A stretch of DNA of 64,000 bases, from assembly GCA_902595225.1 (NCBI GenBank), contig CACJPG010000001.1:71269-135268 (forward strand). Reading direction: 5' to 3'. The notes under the pieces are model-generated. The model worked only from the letters and a program-made list of their open reading frames with translations, was not told where the DNA came from and made no database searches. Made by a program: the position numbers and the translations under genes. This document shows positions 61,412 through 64,000 of the stretch, in pieces; position 1 is the first letter of the stretch, and every line of letters begins with the position of its first letter. The stretch is from an uncultured Thiothrix sp. (lineage in GTDB: Bacteria > Pseudomonadota > Gammaproteobacteria > Poriferisulfidales > GCA-002705445).

Positions 61412-61433
61412 TTTTAAACAAGGAAAAATTTTG

Positions 61434-64000
61434 ATGAAAAATAGTTTCAAAACAAGAACGGAATTATCTTGCAGCGGAAAGAGTTATACAATTTTTGATA
61501 TTTCTAAAATTGATGGTGTTAATAAACTCCCCTACTCTATTAAAATTCTTTTAGAAAATCTGGTGCGAAACGAAGACGATTTAACCGTAACAAAGTCTGA
61601 TATTGAAGCAATTATAAATTGGCATGATCATGCAGCAAAAAAAGAGATAGCATATCGTCCTGCAAGAGTTTTAATGCAAGATTTCACAGGTGTTCCTGCC
61701 GTTGTAGATCTTGCAGCTATGAGAGATGCAATAAAAAAACTTGGTAAAAATCCCACTGACATTAATCCTCTTCAGCCAGCAGAGCTTGTTATAGATCACT
61801 CTGTACAAGTTGATAATTTTGGAAGTAAAAATGCATTCAATTTGAATGCAAAACTTGAATATGAGAGAAATATTGAAAGATATAAGTTTTTAAAGTGGGG
61901 TCAGTCTGCATTCTCTAATTTTAAAGTTGTCCCGCCTGATACTGGTATTGTTCATCAAATTAATATTGAATTTTTAGCTAGATGTATTTTTACAAAAGAG
62001 ATAGATGGTTTAAATTTTGCGTATCCTGACACAGTTGTTGGAACCGACTCTCATACTACAATGATAAATGGTATTGGTGTGCTTGGTTGGGGCGTAGGTG
62101 GAATAGAGGCAGAAGCTTCAATGCTCGGCCAACCAATATCAATGTTGATACCAAAAGTAGTTGGCTTTAAATTAACAGGAGAACTTTCTGAAGGAACTAC
62201 TGCAACCGATCTTGTTCTAAATATTGTAGAAAAATTGAGAATTCATGGAGTAGTTGGGAAATTTGTCGAATTTTATGGAGATGGACTAAATAACTTATCC
62301 CTAGGTGACAGAGCAACAATTGCAAACATGGCTCCTGAATATGGTGCTACGTGTGGTATTTTCCCTATTGATGATGAAACTATTGAATATATGAAGCTAT
62401 CGAATAGAGATGAATCTCAAATAGAACTTATAAAAAAATATTCTGAAAAAGTTGGACTTACTAGAGACGATTGTAATAATGCAAAATATTCAGAAAATTT
62501 AGAACTTGATATATCAACAATTTCTCCTTCTATTGCTGGACCGAAAAGACCACAAGACAGAATTGATTTAAAGAATGCTAAAGAATCATACCAAAAAGAA
62601 GTTAGTTCAATAACAAGTAAAAGTAGTTCATCTAAAATAAACTTAGATGGAAAAGATTTTGAAATTAAAAATGGAGATGTTGTGATAGCTGCAATCACAT
62701 CTTGCACAAATACATCTAATCCAAGTGTAATGATAGCAGCAGGCCTAGTTGCAAAAAAAGCAAGGGATCTTGGATTAGAAAGAAAACCATGGGTTAAAAC
62801 CTCGCTTGCTCCAGGTTCAATGGTTGTTACAGAATATCTTAAAAACTCAAATTTAATTGATTCCATGGAAGAGCTAGGATTTCATAATGTTGGTTATGGC
62901 TGTGCAACTTGTATTGGAAACTCTGGACCATTAATAAAAGAGATTAGTGATGGTATAAAAGAAAATGATTTAGTAGCTGTATCAGTCTTATCTGGTAATA
63001 GAAATTTTGAAGGAAGAGTTCATGCTGAAGTTAAACTAAATTATTTAGCATCACCGCCTTTAGTTATTGCGTATGCAATTGCGGGATCTATGAATATTGA
63101 TATAACATCAGAACCTATCTCAAAAGATAAAAATGGTAATGATGTATTTTTGAAAGACATATGGCCTACAAATAATGAGGTAAATAATATTTTAAACTCG
63201 TCGCTAACAGCAGAACAATTTAAATCTTCTTACGAAAATATTTATGATGGTGAAGAAGAATGGAGAAATATAGATGTAACAAAAAATAATCAGTATGAAT
63301 GGGATGATTCAACCTACATTGCCAACCCCCCTTATTTTGAAAATTTATCTGATAAAGATTTAGTTATCGATGAAATTAGTTCCGCTCACGTTCTTGCATA
63401 CTTGGGTGACTCAGTCACAACCGATCATATTTCTCCAGCTGGCAATATAAAAGAAGATAGCCCAGCTGGAAAATATTTAGTTAGTAAAAATGTAAAACCT
63501 AGTGATTTTAACTCATATGGTTCAAGAAGAGGAAATCATCAGGTAATGATGCGTGGTACTTTTGCAAATATTCGTTTGAGAAATAAACTTGTGCCTCATA
63601 TTGAAGGTGGATATACAATCCATATTCCTTCAAAAAAAGAAATGACTATATTTGATGCGGCTATGGAGTACAAAAAATCCTTAATCCCTACTATCATCAT
63701 TGCTGGCAAAGAATATGGGAGTGGTTCATCAAGAGATTGGGCAGCAAAAGGACCCAAACTCCAAGGTGTTACTGCGGTATTAGCTGAAAGCTTCGAAAGA
63801 ATTCATAGATCGAATTTGGTTGGAATGGGTATTTTACCGTTGCAATTTTTAGATGGTGAAAATGGTGATACATATGGCTTAACTGGTATGGAGAAGTTCA
63901 ATATTATTGGAATTAAAAGTGGCGAAGCTAAAACTGTAACAATTGAAGCTGACAATGGAAACGAAGTCAAAACATTTACTGCAAATGTAAGAATTGATAC
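61434..64000 (+). CDS. acnA: Aconitate hydratase A; 3' end runs out of the window (not in the ORF track)
   Basis: Hand translation: MKNSFKTR...LPYSIKILLENL, RVLMQDFTGVPAVVDLAAMR, DHSVQVD, AITSCTNTSNP, GSGSSRDWAAKG. Confidence 0.96.
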   Translation, partial: MKNSFKTRTELSCSGKSYTIFDISKIDGVNKLPYSIKILLENLVRNEDDLTVTKSDIEAIINWHDHAAKKEIAYRPARVLMQDFTGVPAVVDLAAMRDAIKKLGKNPTDINPLQPAELVIDHSVQVDNFGSKNAFNLNAKLEYERNIERYKFLKWGQSAFSNFKVVPPDTGIVHQINIEFLARCIFTKEIDGLNFAYPDTVVGTDSHTTMINGIGVLGWGVGGIEAEASMLGQPISMLIPKVVGFKLTGELSEGTTATDLVLNIVEKLRIHGVVGKFVEFYGDGLNNLSLGDRATIANMAPEYGATCGIFPIDDETIEYMKLSNRDESQIELIKKYSEKVGLTRDDCNNAKYSENLELDISTISPSIAGPKRPQDRIDLKNAKESYQKEVSSITSKSSSSKINLDGKDFEIKNGDVVIAAITSCTNTSNPSVMIAAGLVAKKARDLGLERKPWVKTSLAPGSMVVTEYLKNSNLIDSMEELGFHNVGYGCATCIGNSGPLIKEISDGIKENDLVAVSVLSGNRNFEGRVHAEVKLNYLASPPLVIAYAIAGSMNIDITSEPISKDKNGNDVFLKDIWPTNNEVNNILNSSLTAEQFKSSYENIYDGEEEWRNIDVTKNNQYEWDDSTYIANPPYFENLSDKDLVIDEISSAHVLAYLGDSVTTDHISPAGNIKEDSPAGKYLVSKNVKPSDFNSYGSRRGNHQVMMRGTFANIRLRNKLVPHIEGGYTIHIPSKKEMTIFDAAMEYKKSLIPTIIIAGKEYGSGSSRDWAAKGPKLQGVTAVLAESFERIHRSNLVGMGILPLQFLDGENGDTYGLTGMEKFNIIGIKSGEAKTVTIEADNGNEVKTFTANVRID

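Overview
Very AT-rich, gene-dense bacterial chromosome segment with gammaproteobacterial gene order (leuS-lptE, prfB-lysS, fabD-fabG-acpP-fabF-pabC-mltG-tmk, nudJ-mnmA-hflD). It is probably a genome-streamlined aquatic lineage, but that is inference and the taxon cannot be named from the sequence. It carries a tetrahydromethanopterin/methylofuran (H4MPT/MYFR) C1-oxidation gene set in two pieces: mptG-mtdB-orfY-mch-orf5-orf7-fae at 1-6.2 kb, and pabB-orf9-orf1 plus orf17 at 49-53 kb. It also has TCA genes (mdh, gltA, sdhCDABE, acnA), Mo-cofactor genes, a furan-fatty-acid-like cluster, tRNA-Glu and a frameshifted prfB. A XerC/D dif site at 13294-13321 and a switch in gene orientation suggest the replication terminus. 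A single ~45.7 kb inversion spanning dif would rejoin both tmk-holB and the split C1 cluster. The most unusual gene is 6273-7430, directly after fae: an apparent fusion of a MucR-like motif, a degenerate LAGLIDADG domain and a QueD/PTPS domain lacking one Zn ligand, which is a candidate pterin-sensing regulator. I saw no CRISPR, rRNA, IS element or prophage. All family calls are by-eye motif recognition, not database searches.
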